Notes: generated from the sequence alone by a model not told the origin. A stretch of DNA of 64,000 bases from Spirochaetia bacterium (GCA_963662795.1 OY759746.1:2144001-2208000); one strand, 5' to 3'. Shown: positions 19,876-29,708, counted from the stretch's first letter. Numbers and translations are program-made.

Positions 19876-20275
19876 TGCGGGACCAATAATAGCTTTATTT
19901 AATAAGAATGACAAATATCATGAAAAAATTAAAATTTTTATGAAGAATTATGAAGGGAAATTGATCAGTACCTGGCCAGTAGTAACAGAAGTATCACATA
20001 TGCTTGATTTTAATATTCAAACTCAAATAGATTTTTTAACTTGGATAAAATTGGGTGGGGTGAGTGTTGAGAACCTAGAAAAAGAAGATCTTAATAGAAT
20101 AATTGAATTATCTAAGAAATATTCTGATATCCCAATGGATTTAGCCGACGCTTCATTAATAGTTCTTTCAGAAAAAATGAAAATAAAACAAATTATAACA
20201 ATAGACTCTGATTATTATGTTTATAGAACAATTAATAAAGAAATGTTGGAAAACGTATTTAAGTATAAAAACTAA
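19856..20275 (+). CDS. PIN-domain (VapC) toxin
   Basis: ILIDAGPIIA...DKYH...VVTEV...MDLADASL...ITIDSDY. Confidence 0.88.
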   Translation: MQNILIDAGPIIALFNKNDKYHEKIKIFMKNYEGKLISTWPVVTEVSHMLDFNIQTQIDFLTWIKLGGVSVENLEKEDLNRIIELSKKYSDIPMDLADASLIVLSEKMKIKQIITIDSDYYVYRTINKEMLENVFKYKN

Positions 20276-20465
20276 AAAAGGTGATGTAATAATAAGTAAT
20301 ATTTTTACAGTAATTAGAATTATGGAACAAAACAAGCATTTGAAATTGACGTTTTCTCACTTTGCTGAGAAAGAGCAATTCAAATGAATGGTATAAATTA
20401 TGTATAGAAAAGAATGTCCAGCCTTGGCTCCGCCGAGCGGCTTGGACAAGAAGCCTGGCCACTAC

Positions 20466-20619
20466 GTATAACAGCGAATGACCGGTTCCGGCTGTTTCTA
20501 AGAAAACAGCCTCAACCCAAATTGCCGGAATAAATAGTGGTACAACTTGATGAATACAAAATAAGCTTGAAGGGTAACAAATAACAGCGGCAACTTCGGT
20601 CATTCGCGGAACGTTATCC
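20466..20619 (+). repeat. attC, native type B variant
   Basis: GTATAAC-AGCGAATGACC...GTTATCC. Confidence 0.85.
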
Positions 20620-20727
20620 ACAATGCCCCCACAAGAGGACATCGCCCGGACCTCCGGCCGACGGGCGAGGATTTGCAGTACAATAATATTTTTTAGTTTA
20701 AGGCCTTCGGCGTAAAAAAATAATAAA

Positions 20728-21234
20728 ATGAACATAAAAATTGAATATATTAATATTACTAGTATTGATTCAGTATTAAATATCCTTAATCGTGTAATTC
20801 AACATATGCTGAACAATAATATTGATCAATGGGATGAAATATATCCAAATAGAACAATAATAGAAAAAGATATTAAATCAAATCATGCATATGGAATATT
20901 TGTTGATAATCAACTTACAGGTTATTTTGCGATAAATGATTGCCAAGAAAATGAATACAATCAGATTAACTGGCAGTATATTACAGGGAAGCACCTAGTT
21001 ATACATAGACTCTTTATTGATCCAGAGTACCAAGGAAAAGGTTTGGCAAAAAAGATATTAAGTTTTACAGAAAAATATGGAAGGAGTAATAAATATTCTT
21101 CAATACGGCTTGATGCATTTGTAAATAATAAATCTGCATTAGCTTTATATGAAAAGAATATGTTTGAACTTAGGGGACAAGTTGTTTTCAGAAAGGGAAC
21201 ATTTAATTGTTATGAAAAAAAGATTCATAGCTGA
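20728..21234 (+). CDS. GNAT N-acetyltransferase
   Basis: QWDEIYP, IHRLFIDPEYQGKGLA, IRLDAF..N.SALALY. Confidence 0.88.
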   Translation: MNIKIEYINITSIDSVLNILNRVIQHMLNNNIDQWDEIYPNRTIIEKDIKSNHAYGIFVDNQLTGYFAINDCQENEYNQINWQYITGKHLVIHRLFIDPEYQGKGLAKKILSFTEKYGRSNKYSSIRLDAFVNNKSALALYEKNMFELRGQVVFRKGTFNCYEKKIHS

Positions 21235-21386
21235 TGTTGATTCTTGAATATATTATAGCAATCAATTTAATTTACAAAATTGCTTTGAAAAGCATAAAAT
21301 TGTACAGATAGAGTATTTACCTGACAATAGAAGAAGTCCAGCCTTGGCTCCGCCGTGCGGCTTGGACAAGAAGTGGGGGCACTGGT

Positions 21387-21558
21387 GGATAACAGAGAAT
21401 AATTCGCTGCGCTCGGAGTACCTCGCTTGGCCTGCGGCACACATCGCAGGTTTTTAGCAACAACTTATATAAATAACAAGTTTTGAAAAAAAAATATTGC
21501 AACTGTGAAATATTGACTCTTTGCCTACGATGCGTCGCTTATCCTCAGGACGTTATAG
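21387..21558 (+). repeat. attC, native type A variant
   Basis: GGATAAC...GTTATAG. Confidence 0.8.
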
Positions 21559-21645
21559 GCAATACCTCCGCGAAGAGAAAATCGCCCGGACCTCCGGCCC
21601 ACGGGCGAGAGAACCGGGGCAAAGAAAAAGTGTGAGGGAAAACTC

Positions 21646-22089
21646 ATGGACGATTTAATTATTCGAAAACTTGAAGAGAAAGATTTAGATGAATTATCAC
21701 TTCTTTATAAACAGTTCTGGAATGAAGAATCAAACATTGAAACGATGAAGAAAAAATATCAGGAGATAAAAAACAACCCAAACTATATAATATTATCAGC
21801 AGTTATTAATGGAACACTTGTAGGTTCAATTTACGGTGTGGTGTGTGAAGAATTATATGGAGCATGCAGACCCTTTCTTGTCATGGAAGATTTGATTGTA
21901 GATAAAAATATGAGAAAAAAGGGAATAGGCAAAGCATTACTTGAAAAACTTGAAAACTTTGGAAAAGAAAAGAAATGCAGCCAGATAATATTTATTACAG
22001 AAACAAATAGAATTGATGCAGTTTCCTTTTACGAGAAAATGGGATTTAAATCAAAAACGCATACTGGCTTTAAAAAACTATTGAATTAA
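21646..22089 (+). CDS. GNAT N-acetyltransferase
   Basis: EDLIVDKNMRKKGIGKALL...AVSFYEKMGF. Confidence 0.88.
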   Translation: MDDLIIRKLEEKDLDELSLLYKQFWNEESNIETMKKKYQEIKNNPNYIILSAVINGTLVGSIYGVVCEELYGACRPFLVMEDLIVDKNMRKKGIGKALLEKLENFGKEKKCSQIIFITETNRIDAVSFYEKMGFKSKTHTGFKKLLN

Positions 22090-22136
22090 ATAATGGACAA
22101 AGAAAAGAAAAAGTATTAGATTATAAAAGTACGCTA

Positions 22137-22397
22137 ATGCGTACGGAGGAAAACATGGGAGCAATAAACATAACAAATGCAAGGAAAGATTTGTATAATA
22201 TAGTAAAAGCAGTAAATGATTCACATGAACCAGTGATAATTACCGGAAAAAACTCATCAGCAGTAATTGTAGGGGAGAGAGACTGGAGAAATATAGAGGA
22301 AACTCTTTATCTTGTATCAATTCCAGGAATGAGACAGTCAATTCTTGATGGAATGAAAGAACCAATTAGCAAATTATCAGATAAGTTAGATTGGTAA
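22137..22397 (+). CDS. Phd/YefM antitoxin
   Basis: INITNARKDLY...HEPVIITGK...EETLYLVSIPGM. Confidence 0.88.
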   Translation: MRTEENMGAINITNARKDLYNIVKAVNDSHEPVIITGKNSSAVIVGERDWRNIEETLYLVSIPGMRQSILDGMKEPISKLSDKLDW

Positions 22398-22399
22398 TT

Positions 22400-22660
22400 A
22401 TGTACAAAATATTATTTACCAAACAGGCACAGAAAGATGCAAAAAAACTATCATCATCGAATTTAAAAAAACAGGCCGAGGAAATTCTTGAGATATTGAA
22501 AGAAGACCCTTTTAAAGATTACCCACCTTATGAAAGGTTGATTGGAGATTTGACAGGAGCTTTTTCAAGAAGAATAAACATCCAGCATAGAATTGTTTAT
22601 CAGGTGTATGAAAAAGAGAAGATAATAAAAGTAATCAGGATGTGGACACACTACGAGTAA
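22400..22660 (+). CDS. Txe/YoeB toxin
   Basis: FTKQAQKDAKKL...PPYERLIGDLTGAFSRRINIQHRIVY...RMWTHYE. Confidence 0.9.
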   Translation: MYKILFTKQAQKDAKKLSSSNLKKQAEEILEILKEDPFKDYPPYERLIGDLTGAFSRRINIQHRIVYQVYEKEKIIKVIRMWTHYE

Positions 22661-22728
22661 TTAATAAGAAAAGAATACGCCCAGCCCTTGGCGGTGCCGT
22701 GCGGGCTGGAAGACGCGGAGGTACATGC

Positions 22729-22920
22729 CTATAACAGCGATTATTTCGCTGCGCTCCCTGTGGTCGCTTGGGCTCCTGCCAGTTGAGCTGGCAGATCGCC
22801 ATATTTTGTATTCATAAAACCGGAACAACATGTGTTTTATGCTCTTCAAGTTTGTAAAAACCAAATAAAAGTATTTTAGAGTTTAGTCACAAAACATCGA
22901 ATAATCGCGAGACGTTATCC
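22729..22920 (+). repeat. attC, native type C
   Basis: CTATAAC...GTTATCC. Confidence 0.85.
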
Positions 22921-23107
22921 ACAATGCCCCCACAAGATGCGATCGCCCGGACCTCCGGCCGACGGGCGAGGAGAAACTATATAAAACAGTAATTATATTA
23001 TCGCAGAAGCTATACAAATAATTCAGGAAATATTGACTATTCAGATGTCTAAGATTATTTTTCAAAAGCAAGGTGTCAGCACCGGTGTTGACAGCAAGGA
23101 GATAAAA

Positions 23108-23365
23108 ATGACTAAAAAACAGATAGAAGTCTCCATAGGATTAGTTCATGAATTACCAATAGATTTGAAAGAAGCTTTAATTTCAGATTCAGAAATTCTG
23201 GAAAAATGGAATAAGCTTACACCAATAGCCCGTAATGAGTGGATATGCTGGACAATATCAGTCAAAAAAGAAGAAACGAGAGTTAATCATATAAAAAGAG
23301 TCTGTTCTGAATTGAAAGAGGGAAAGAAAAGACCTTGTTGCTGGCCAGGCTGTTCACATAGGTAA
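23108..23365 (+). CDS. YdeI/OmpD-associated family protein
   Basis: HELPIDL...WNKLTPIARNEWICW...KKRPCCWPGC.HR; start at ATG after AGGAG. Confidence 0.75.
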   Translation: MTKKQIEVSIGLVHELPIDLKEALISDSEILEKWNKLTPIARNEWICWTISVKKEETRVNHIKRVCSELKEGKKRPCCWPGCSHR

Positions 23366-23413
23366 AATGATAATAGTTATGATTAAAAAATGATCATTAT
23401 CTGAATATAAGAA

Positions 23414-23866
23414 GTGAGGTTAAACATGAAAGAAGTGATAACCGAGATTGAGATAAATGCAAGTATCTCAAAAACATGGGAAGTTTTTTCTGCCTTTTCT
23501 GAATACCATAAATGGAACCCATTTATTAAATCAATCTCAGGAGATGTTAATCCTGGTAATACAATTATTGTAATTTTACAACAACCAGGTATGAAACCAA
23601 TGAAAATGAAGCCAAAAGTAATATCATTTAAAAAAGAAGAAGAATTAGTCTGGATTGGACATTTATTCATTCTAGGAATATTTGATGGAGAACACTCTTT
23701 TCGATTTATCAAAAACAAAGATGGAAGTACAAAGTTTATACAAAAAGAACTTTTTAAAGGACTAATAGTACCAATGCTTAATAGGATGCTGGATAAAAAC
23801 ACCAAGAATGGATTCGAACTTATGAATGAAAAACTAAAGCATGAAGTTGAAATGAAAAGATTATAA
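23414..23866 (+). CDS. SRPBCC (polyketide cyclase/START-like) protein
   Basis: ITEIEINAS...W..F..Y..WNPFI...FDGEHSF...GFELMNEKLK. Confidence 0.8.
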   Translation: MRLNMKEVITEIEINASISKTWEVFSAFSEYHKWNPFIKSISGDVNPGNTIIVILQQPGMKPMKMKPKVISFKKEEELVWIGHLFILGIFDGEHSFRFIKNKDGSTKFIQKELFKGLIVPMLNRMLDKNTKNGFELMNEKLKHEVEMKRL

Positions 23867-23991
23867 AATATTGAAACGAAAAAACGATTTGATAAAAACT
23901 GAATTATTGAATTAAAGAAATTACAAAGGAATTTAAATAAGTCCAGCCTTGGATCCGCCGTGCGGCCTGGACAAGAAGGGGGGGCACTGGT

Positions 23992-24085
23992 GGATAACAG
24001 CGGGGAAGAAGCTGCGCTCGCAGTAGCTCGCTTGGGCTTCGCCATATTTTGCTATCAAATAACTAGAGTAATTCTTGTTATGTTA
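23992..24085 (+). repeat. Left half only of a native type D attC
   Basis: GGATAAC-AGCGGGGAAGAAGCTGCGCTC... with no complementary right arm. Confidence 0.6.
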
Positions 24086-24132
24086 TTTTCGAGCAAAAAA
24101 TTAACAGAAACAAAAAATAAAGGAGAAAAATT

Positions 24133-24753
24133 ATGAGCAAAATAATTTTTGACAGTGGAATATCCCTTGACGGTTTTTTCGCAGGAGACAACAGAAGTCC
24201 TAAAAATCCTATGGGTGGTGTTTCAGGACAAATTCACTTGTGGATGTTTAATCAAAAAGCTTTCTGGGAATACCTGGGGTTTGAAGGAGAAAAAGAAGAC
24301 GGTGCTGACGGAAAATACATTAGAGAGACAATCGCAAGAACAGGTGCATTCATTATGGGAAAACGTATGTTTGAGGAAGGCGAAGCCAGTTGGCCAAATG
24401 ACCTATACAAAGCTGACGTTTATGTATTAACACACAAAAAGCGAGAACCTTGGGTTCAAGAAGGAACGACAACTTTTTACTTCATAAATGATGGAATAGA
24501 AAGTGCCTTGGACAAAGCAAGACAATCAGCAAAAGGAAAGGACATAAGAATACAAGGTGGGGCAAACACTATTCAACAATTTCTAAATGCAAGACTTGTG
24601 GACGAGTTTTTTATTCACATTGCACCCGTGTTTTTAGGAAGCGGCATCCGACTTTTTGACGGTATTGATAAAGACATGTACAACATACAAATCGTAGAAG
24701 TGATACCGTCTGAATTAACGACTCATTTAAGATATAAATTGACTAAGAAATGA
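24133..24753 (+). CDS. Dihydrofolate reductase-like (RibD C-terminal) protein
   Basis: ISLDGFFAG, IMGKRMF, GKDIRIQGGANTIQQFL, PVFLGSGIRLF. Confidence 0.85.
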   Translation: MSKIIFDSGISLDGFFAGDNRSPKNPMGGVSGQIHLWMFNQKAFWEYLGFEGEKEDGADGKYIRETIARTGAFIMGKRMFEEGEASWPNDLYKADVYVLTHKKREPWVQEGTTTFYFINDGIESALDKARQSAKGKDIRIQGGANTIQQFLNARLVDEFFIHIAPVFLGSGIRLFDGIDKDMYNIQIVEVIPSELTTHLRYKLTKK

Positions 24754-24764
24754 AAACAACGACC

Positions 24765-24894
24765 CGCTAACAATGTATATACAAAATGGGCGGAATAGTA
24801 ATAATTTCAACGGTTGTAGCCCGCTTCAAAATTGTCTCGGTTTGATAAGTTTGAAGCCCGCAATCGCCCACTTTGCATATACTAACCGTTATGC
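24765..24894 (+). repeat. attC, foreign type
   Basis: CGCTAAC...GTATATACAAAATGGGCG/CGCCCACTTTGCATATAC...GTTATGC. Confidence 0.8.
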
Positions 24895-25003
24895 TCAATA
24901 CCAGCAGCAAGAGGAAATCGCCCGGACCTCCGGCCAACGGGTGGGGAGAATGAAGTTTAATTATATCAAAACTATTGTATAATGCAAATAAAGGATAAAA
25001 ACG

Positions 25004-25690
25004 ATGAATAAAATAAAATCTGAAATAAAAAAAAGAATCCCGGGTTTTTTATATCTTATTCTTGCAATAACTGGATTTTATACTCCTTTTGTAATGGATA
25101 AATTTAGTTCTATCCTTGATGCAACACAATGGTACGAGGCAATTATTCAGAATCAATTATTCTTCTCCTCTGGGATTTTAAGTTTCTATTTGATGAACAT
25201 TTCATGGTTAATGCTTGCTTATTCATTGTACAGTATTTTTAAAATGACTTATAAAACATATTCAAATATATTATTACTATCTGTAATTTCAGGGACAATT
25301 TTAGTGTTTATTTTAATTGTCGCCAAGTCAATACCTTTATACTTAATGTCTTTAACTCACCAAAATACTATAGCTAATCCAATGATTTGGATAGAGAGAG
25401 CCCATTTTATATTTATTTTAAGCATGAAAAGCAATATTTCAGCCTATTTGTTTTATTCTATTTGGCTCTTACCTCTTGCAATTTTAATTATAAAAGATCC
25501 AAAAATAACAAACATAGAAAAGATAATATTATCAATTTCACTAATTTTTGCAGCTATAGGATATATGGCAGATTTTCTATTATTTCATTGTTATCCGCAG
25601 CATAACAATATAAAAATAACAGATTTCACTTTTTATGGTGAAGTGATCGTATTATTATGGCTATTATTAAGGGGAATCAATAAAAATTAA
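25004..25690 (+). CDS. Multi-pass membrane protein (DUF4386-like)
   Basis: About 6 hydrophobic segments; GFLYL, W.LPLA.LI.K, GE...LLWLL.RG. Confidence 0.6.
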   Translation: MNKIKSEIKKRIPGFLYLILAITGFYTPFVMDKFSSILDATQWYEAIIQNQLFFSSGILSFYLMNISWLMLAYSLYSIFKMTYKTYSNILLLSVISGTILVFILIVAKSIPLYLMSLTHQNTIANPMIWIERAHFIFILSMKSNISAYLFYSIWLLPLAILIIKDPKITNIEKIILSISLIFAAIGYMADFLLFHCYPQHNNIKITDFTFYGEVIVLLWLLLRGINKN

Positions 25691-25798
25691 TAGACAAGAA
25701 GCAACATTTAAAATGTACAGGTAGAGTATTACCTAACAATGAAAGAAGTCCAGCCTTGGCTCCGCCGTACGGCCTGGACAAGAAGTGGGGGCACTGGT

Positions 25799-25971
25799 GG
25801 ATAACAGAGGATAAGGCGCTTCGCTCCCTTTGGTCGCTTGGCCTTTGGCATATTTTGCTATCATTAGAACCAAGTGATTTAAATTTAATACTTTTTGAGA
25901 TTTTAAAATAACAAACAAATATCTGTTAGAGTTTTCAACGCAAAACATCGCTTATCCTCGGGACGTTATGC
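25799..25971 (+). repeat. attC, native type A variant
   Basis: GGATAAC...GTTATGC. Confidence 0.85.
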
Positions 25972-26020
25972 TCAATACCAGCCGCAAGAGGACGCCGCCC
26001 GGACCTCCGGCCGACGGGCG

Positions 26021-26091
26021 AAGAAAATAGAATCTTCTGTATAATATACTTTATTTATAAGATATATAGTTTTCCAGTTATTTAATATGTT
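26021..26091 (+). other. attI-like internal landing pad, copy 4 (G26089|TT)
   Basis: Pad sequence; GTTATCTA complements degenerate TAGATAGC (29415-29422). Confidence 0.72.
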
Positions 26092-26680
26092 ATCTACAAT
26101 TAGGTTTGGTACAGTGCCTTTTTAAAAATATCTAAAAGGATGTATTGGAATATAAAAAAAATAATAGAAAATTAATATACCTTTGATAGAGATGATCTTA
26201 ATGGATCAGCAAAAGAAATTTATCCTTCTTTTGAAAAACTGAACAGTACAGTTTAAGATATCTATGCAAGGATTTTACCGCTTGGGAGTGGGTAGTTATA
26301 TATTTCAATTACATGTATTTCTATTTTGCTGAAAACATATAGACTTCTATCAGCTAGGCACAGGTTTTTAGCAACTTCACATACGTTGTAGCCTCGCTTT
26401 ATTACTTGTTTTACTGCTTCTATTTTAAATTATTCTGCCTAACAGCATTCTTCCCTTGTTTATTCCTTACTTCATAATAGGTTATTATGTATCTTAAAAT
26501 GGAAGTACTCCATAGATTTGAAGACATTCAAAAAAATGAGTAATTGAAAATAATGGTTTTATCTAAAAAACATCAATTTTATGACAGTCTTGAAACCATA
26601 AAAATCTATTTTTTAAAAAAATTGACAAAAAATATTATTTAAGACAATAATTAATTAAAAAAAAAGTAGAGGAATAAAAA

Positions 26681-29305
26681 ATGTTTAAACGTATTTCTGC
26701 TCAAAAAGGTGATAAGCTAACCCAAATCTTTATTTTATTGTTCATACTCCCCATTTTTCTGATGTTTTTTTTATCATGTATGTCTTTAAATCAATCTGGC
26801 AGCGAAAAATCACTTAGTTTTAGAGAATCACATGATAATTTTATCCAATTTTTGAACGAGCATCCTGATTATCAACCTTTAAGCAGCCGTGTCAATTTAA
26901 TTCAGCTGACAGAATATGCTGATATTATTCCTCTCTCTTATGATAAAACTCCGGCGAACAGAACACAAACCTTTAGAATGGACACTCTTTTTGAAAGTGG
27001 GCCGAAAGTTTATTATCTTAATGGATTTTTTTATTATTTTTATGTAATTAAAGGTATGATAAAAGGAGTTAAAATTGATTTAAAAAATAGAACTTATTCA
27101 AATGTTGACGTGTCATCAAATAAACATTTTGCAATTTACCGTGATCCAGCTAATGAAAAGTTGGAATTAATCCCATTCGGCCGGGATTTTACAAAGACGA
27201 AAGTTGTTTCTTCAAAAGGGGGTAGTCTCCCTTTCTACGGGACACATGAAGCTTTATGTCTTGATCCTCCTCTTTATATCTATGAAAGTTCAAGAGAAGG
27301 ATTTCCTCTGGAATCGTTTCTTATAATTCCCCGTGATTTAGATGGCTTGGGTAAAATTATGTATGAAGAAAATTACTATAAAAATGGATATAATCTGGTT
27401 ACTGGTCTTGATAAAAAAGGATTTGATCGTAACGGTTATGATAAAGATGGTTATGCACACCATGGCTATAACAGGAAAGGTTATGACAGGGATGGTAATA
27501 ATTATTCAGGACCAATAGGGGCTAATGGGAAAACTGGTTTTGGAACACTTAAGTGGGCCAACGGTGATGTATATCATGGGTACTTTCAGAATAATGAAAT
27601 TAACGGTATGGGGATCATTAATGGTACAGATGGTGCAATATATGCAGGCTCTTTCCAGGAAGAAATGAAAATAGGTCAGGGGCTCCTTTACTCTCCAGAT
27701 GGAACAAAAAAGTTGGTGTCATGGAAAGATGGAGAAATGTATATAATTTCATCAAATCCTGGACAAGTGATTGAGCCAGATGGGGAGTGGGCATTCCTTG
27801 GTAAAGGTGTTAAAAATGGACTGGCTCAGGGAAGAGGAGATGCTGTAGGAATAAAAAGTGGATGGATAATTACTAACGGTCTATTTGAACAGGGCCGCTT
27901 AATTGAAGGCTCTCTTCTTACTGTTAATGGAACATCATATAGAGGCCGTTTTACTGATGGACTTCTTTCAGATGGCAAAATCCTGTCAGCCAATGGCACT
28001 GCATATACCGGTCATTTAAGGAATGGAATCCCGGATGGTGCAGGGCAGCAAGTGGATAAAGACGGGATATTCTATGAGGGGAATTTTTCAAACGGACGAT
28101 TTGAGGGTAATGGAGAATTAACGCTTCAAAATGGCGATGTTTATAATGGAGCATTTGTTAATGGAGTTCCTCATGGTAGCGGTATATATAAAAACTCTAC
28201 CGAAGGAAGTATAGAGAAGTGCGAGTTTTACGAAGGAAAAAGAATTGATCAACTCTACTTAATGAAAATAGCATTGGCAGAAGAAGAAGACAAAAAACTA
28301 GCAGAGGGTGAGCGGTTAAAACTGGAAGAGGAAGTTAGGTTGCGAGAGGAAAAAGCCAGACAACAGGCGGCTGAAAATGTAGAAAAGAAAGCTTCAAAAA
28401 AGAACTTATTCGGTGCCTTTGTCGCAGGAGCATCAACTGTTGTAGTCGGGAATGCTTATGGTTTGGATTCCAGTGACACTTTATTGCTGGCAACAGCTGC
28501 GGCAAAAGATGTAATAAGTGATACTGATGGAGAAAATATAAGAGCTATGAGTGATACACTAATTGAAAATAAAAAGCAGATGAAAACCTGGGAATCAAAA
28601 TATGGTCAATCCGACTTATCAAATGTATCAGGCAGCAATACTTTCTTGTCCCAAAAACAGCAGCCATTGCAAGACATAAATAATAATCCAGCAGATAAGA
28701 ATCCAGTTCTCACAAATTTGAAATCCAGAGCATCCAGTAATAATGCGGAAATTCCAAAGAAAAATCCTTTAGCTGAACCACCGCAGATGAATAAGGAAAT
28801 TAAATCAGAAAATAACAAATTACTCGATCTACCTAAATCAAATAAAAGCGGGAGGAGTGTTCTTCGCGGGTTAATTGATCGTGATGTGCGTTATTCTCCT
28901 GAATACAGGACCGGTGAGGTTACCTTTAGAAATCCTCAGACTGGGATAGAAAGTATTACAATTAAACTGAATAATGGAGCCATAGGTGAATTAACCTGGA
29001 ATGGGAATTATAAATGGATTGCTGCCAATGGCTATAATCAAAAATCGCCATATCTAGTTGGTTGTGTAGTTGAATTGAGCAGTGAACAAAACAAAATATA
29101 TGTTCTTATGAGCCACAATGATGTTGTTCCAACAGATGCAGGTGATAAATATGGCTATAATTTAGCATGGAGTGCAAACGGGTCAACTTTGAAGAGTGTA
29201 TCTGGCAGTCAATTTACACCATTCTCCAAGGAAGAAACTTCAGCAATTTTTGAAGATTTGCATTATTCCAGTTATCAACCCACTGCTGCTTGGCTAGTTT
29301 GGTAA
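26681..29305 (+). CDS. Large MORN-repeat putative lipoprotein
   Basis: Signal peptide ending FFLSC; G(Y/F)D..G repeats; many YxGxFxxGxxxGxG MORN repeats; coiled-coil segment. Confidence 0.8.
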   Translation: MFKRISAQKGDKLTQIFILLFILPIFLMFFLSCMSLNQSGSEKSLSFRESHDNFIQFLNEHPDYQPLSSRVNLIQLTEYADIIPLSYDKTPANRTQTFRMDTLFESGPKVYYLNGFFYYFYVIKGMIKGVKIDLKNRTYSNVDVSSNKHFAIYRDPANEKLELIPFGRDFTKTKVVSSKGGSLPFYGTHEALCLDPPLYIYESSREGFPLESFLIIPRDLDGLGKIMYEENYYKNGYNLVTGLDKKGFDRNGYDKDGYAHHGYNRKGYDRDGNNYSGPIGANGKTGFGTLKWANGDVYHGYFQNNEINGMGIINGTDGAIYAGSFQEEMKIGQGLLYSPDGTKKLVSWKDGEMYIISSNPGQVIEPDGEWAFLGKGVKNGLAQGRGDAVGIKSGWIITNGLFEQGRLIEGSLLTVNGTSYRGRFTDGLLSDGKILSANGTAYTGHLRNGIPDGAGQQVDKDGIFYEGNFSNGRFEGNGELTLQNGDVYNGAFVNGVPHGSGIYKNSTEGSIEKCEFYEGKRIDQLYLMKIALAEEEDKKLAEGERLKLEEEVRLREEKARQQAAENVEKKASKKNLFGAFVAGASTVVVGNAYGLDSSDTLLLATAAAKDVISDTDGENIRAMSDTLIENKKQMKTWESKYGQSDLSNVSGSNTFLSQKQQPLQDINNNPADKNPVLTNLKSRASSNNAEIPKKNPLAEPPQMNKEIKSENNKLLDLPKSNKSGRSVLRGLIDRDVRYSPEYRTGEVTFRNPQTGIESITIKLNNGAIGELTWNGNYKWIAANGYNQKSPYLVGCVVELSSEQNKIYVLMSHNDVVPTDAGDKYGYNLAWSANGSTLKSVSGSQFTPFSKEETSAIFEDLHYSSYQPTAAWLVW

Positions 29306-29321
29306 AAACTAAAAATATAAT

Positions 29322-29357
29322 AAAGCTTCTATGTATTCATTTACATAGGAGCTTTTT
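29322..29357 (+). terminator. Rho-independent terminator
   Basis: AAAGCTTCTATGTA-loop-TACATAGGAGCTTTTT just after the stop. Confidence 0.65.
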
Positions 29358-29415
29358 AAATTAATTTAAAATCAAAAAAGTATTACATGCTAATTGAAAT
29401 CAATATGAGATGTTT

Positions 29416-29459
29416 AGATAGCAAACGATTCGAGCAGCCCGCTCAATCGGGCGTTATAA
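29416..29459 (+). repeat. Minimal 44 bp attC-like site (inner cassette E), R'' degenerate
   Basis: AGATAGC-AAA-CGATT(C)GAGC-AGCCC-GCTCAATCG-GGC-GTTATAA. Confidence 0.68.
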
Positions 29460-29538
29460 AAATCAAAAGGTAAAAAAGAGAAAGAAGTCCAGCCTTGGCT
29501 CCGCCGTGCGGCCTGGACAAGAAGCGGCTGGTACTGGA

Positions 29539-29708
29539 GCATAACAGAGGATAATGCACTTCGCTCCCTTTGGTCGCTTGGGCTTCGCCACACATCGTAG
29601 ATTTTGAACAACAACTTCTATAAAAACAAGTTTTTGAAGAAAAATATTATAACTTTGAAATAATAATTCTTGGGCTACGATGCATCGCTTATCCTCGGGA
29701 CGTTATTT
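29539..29708 (+). repeat. attC, native type A
   Basis: GCATAAC...GTTATTT. Confidence 0.85.
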
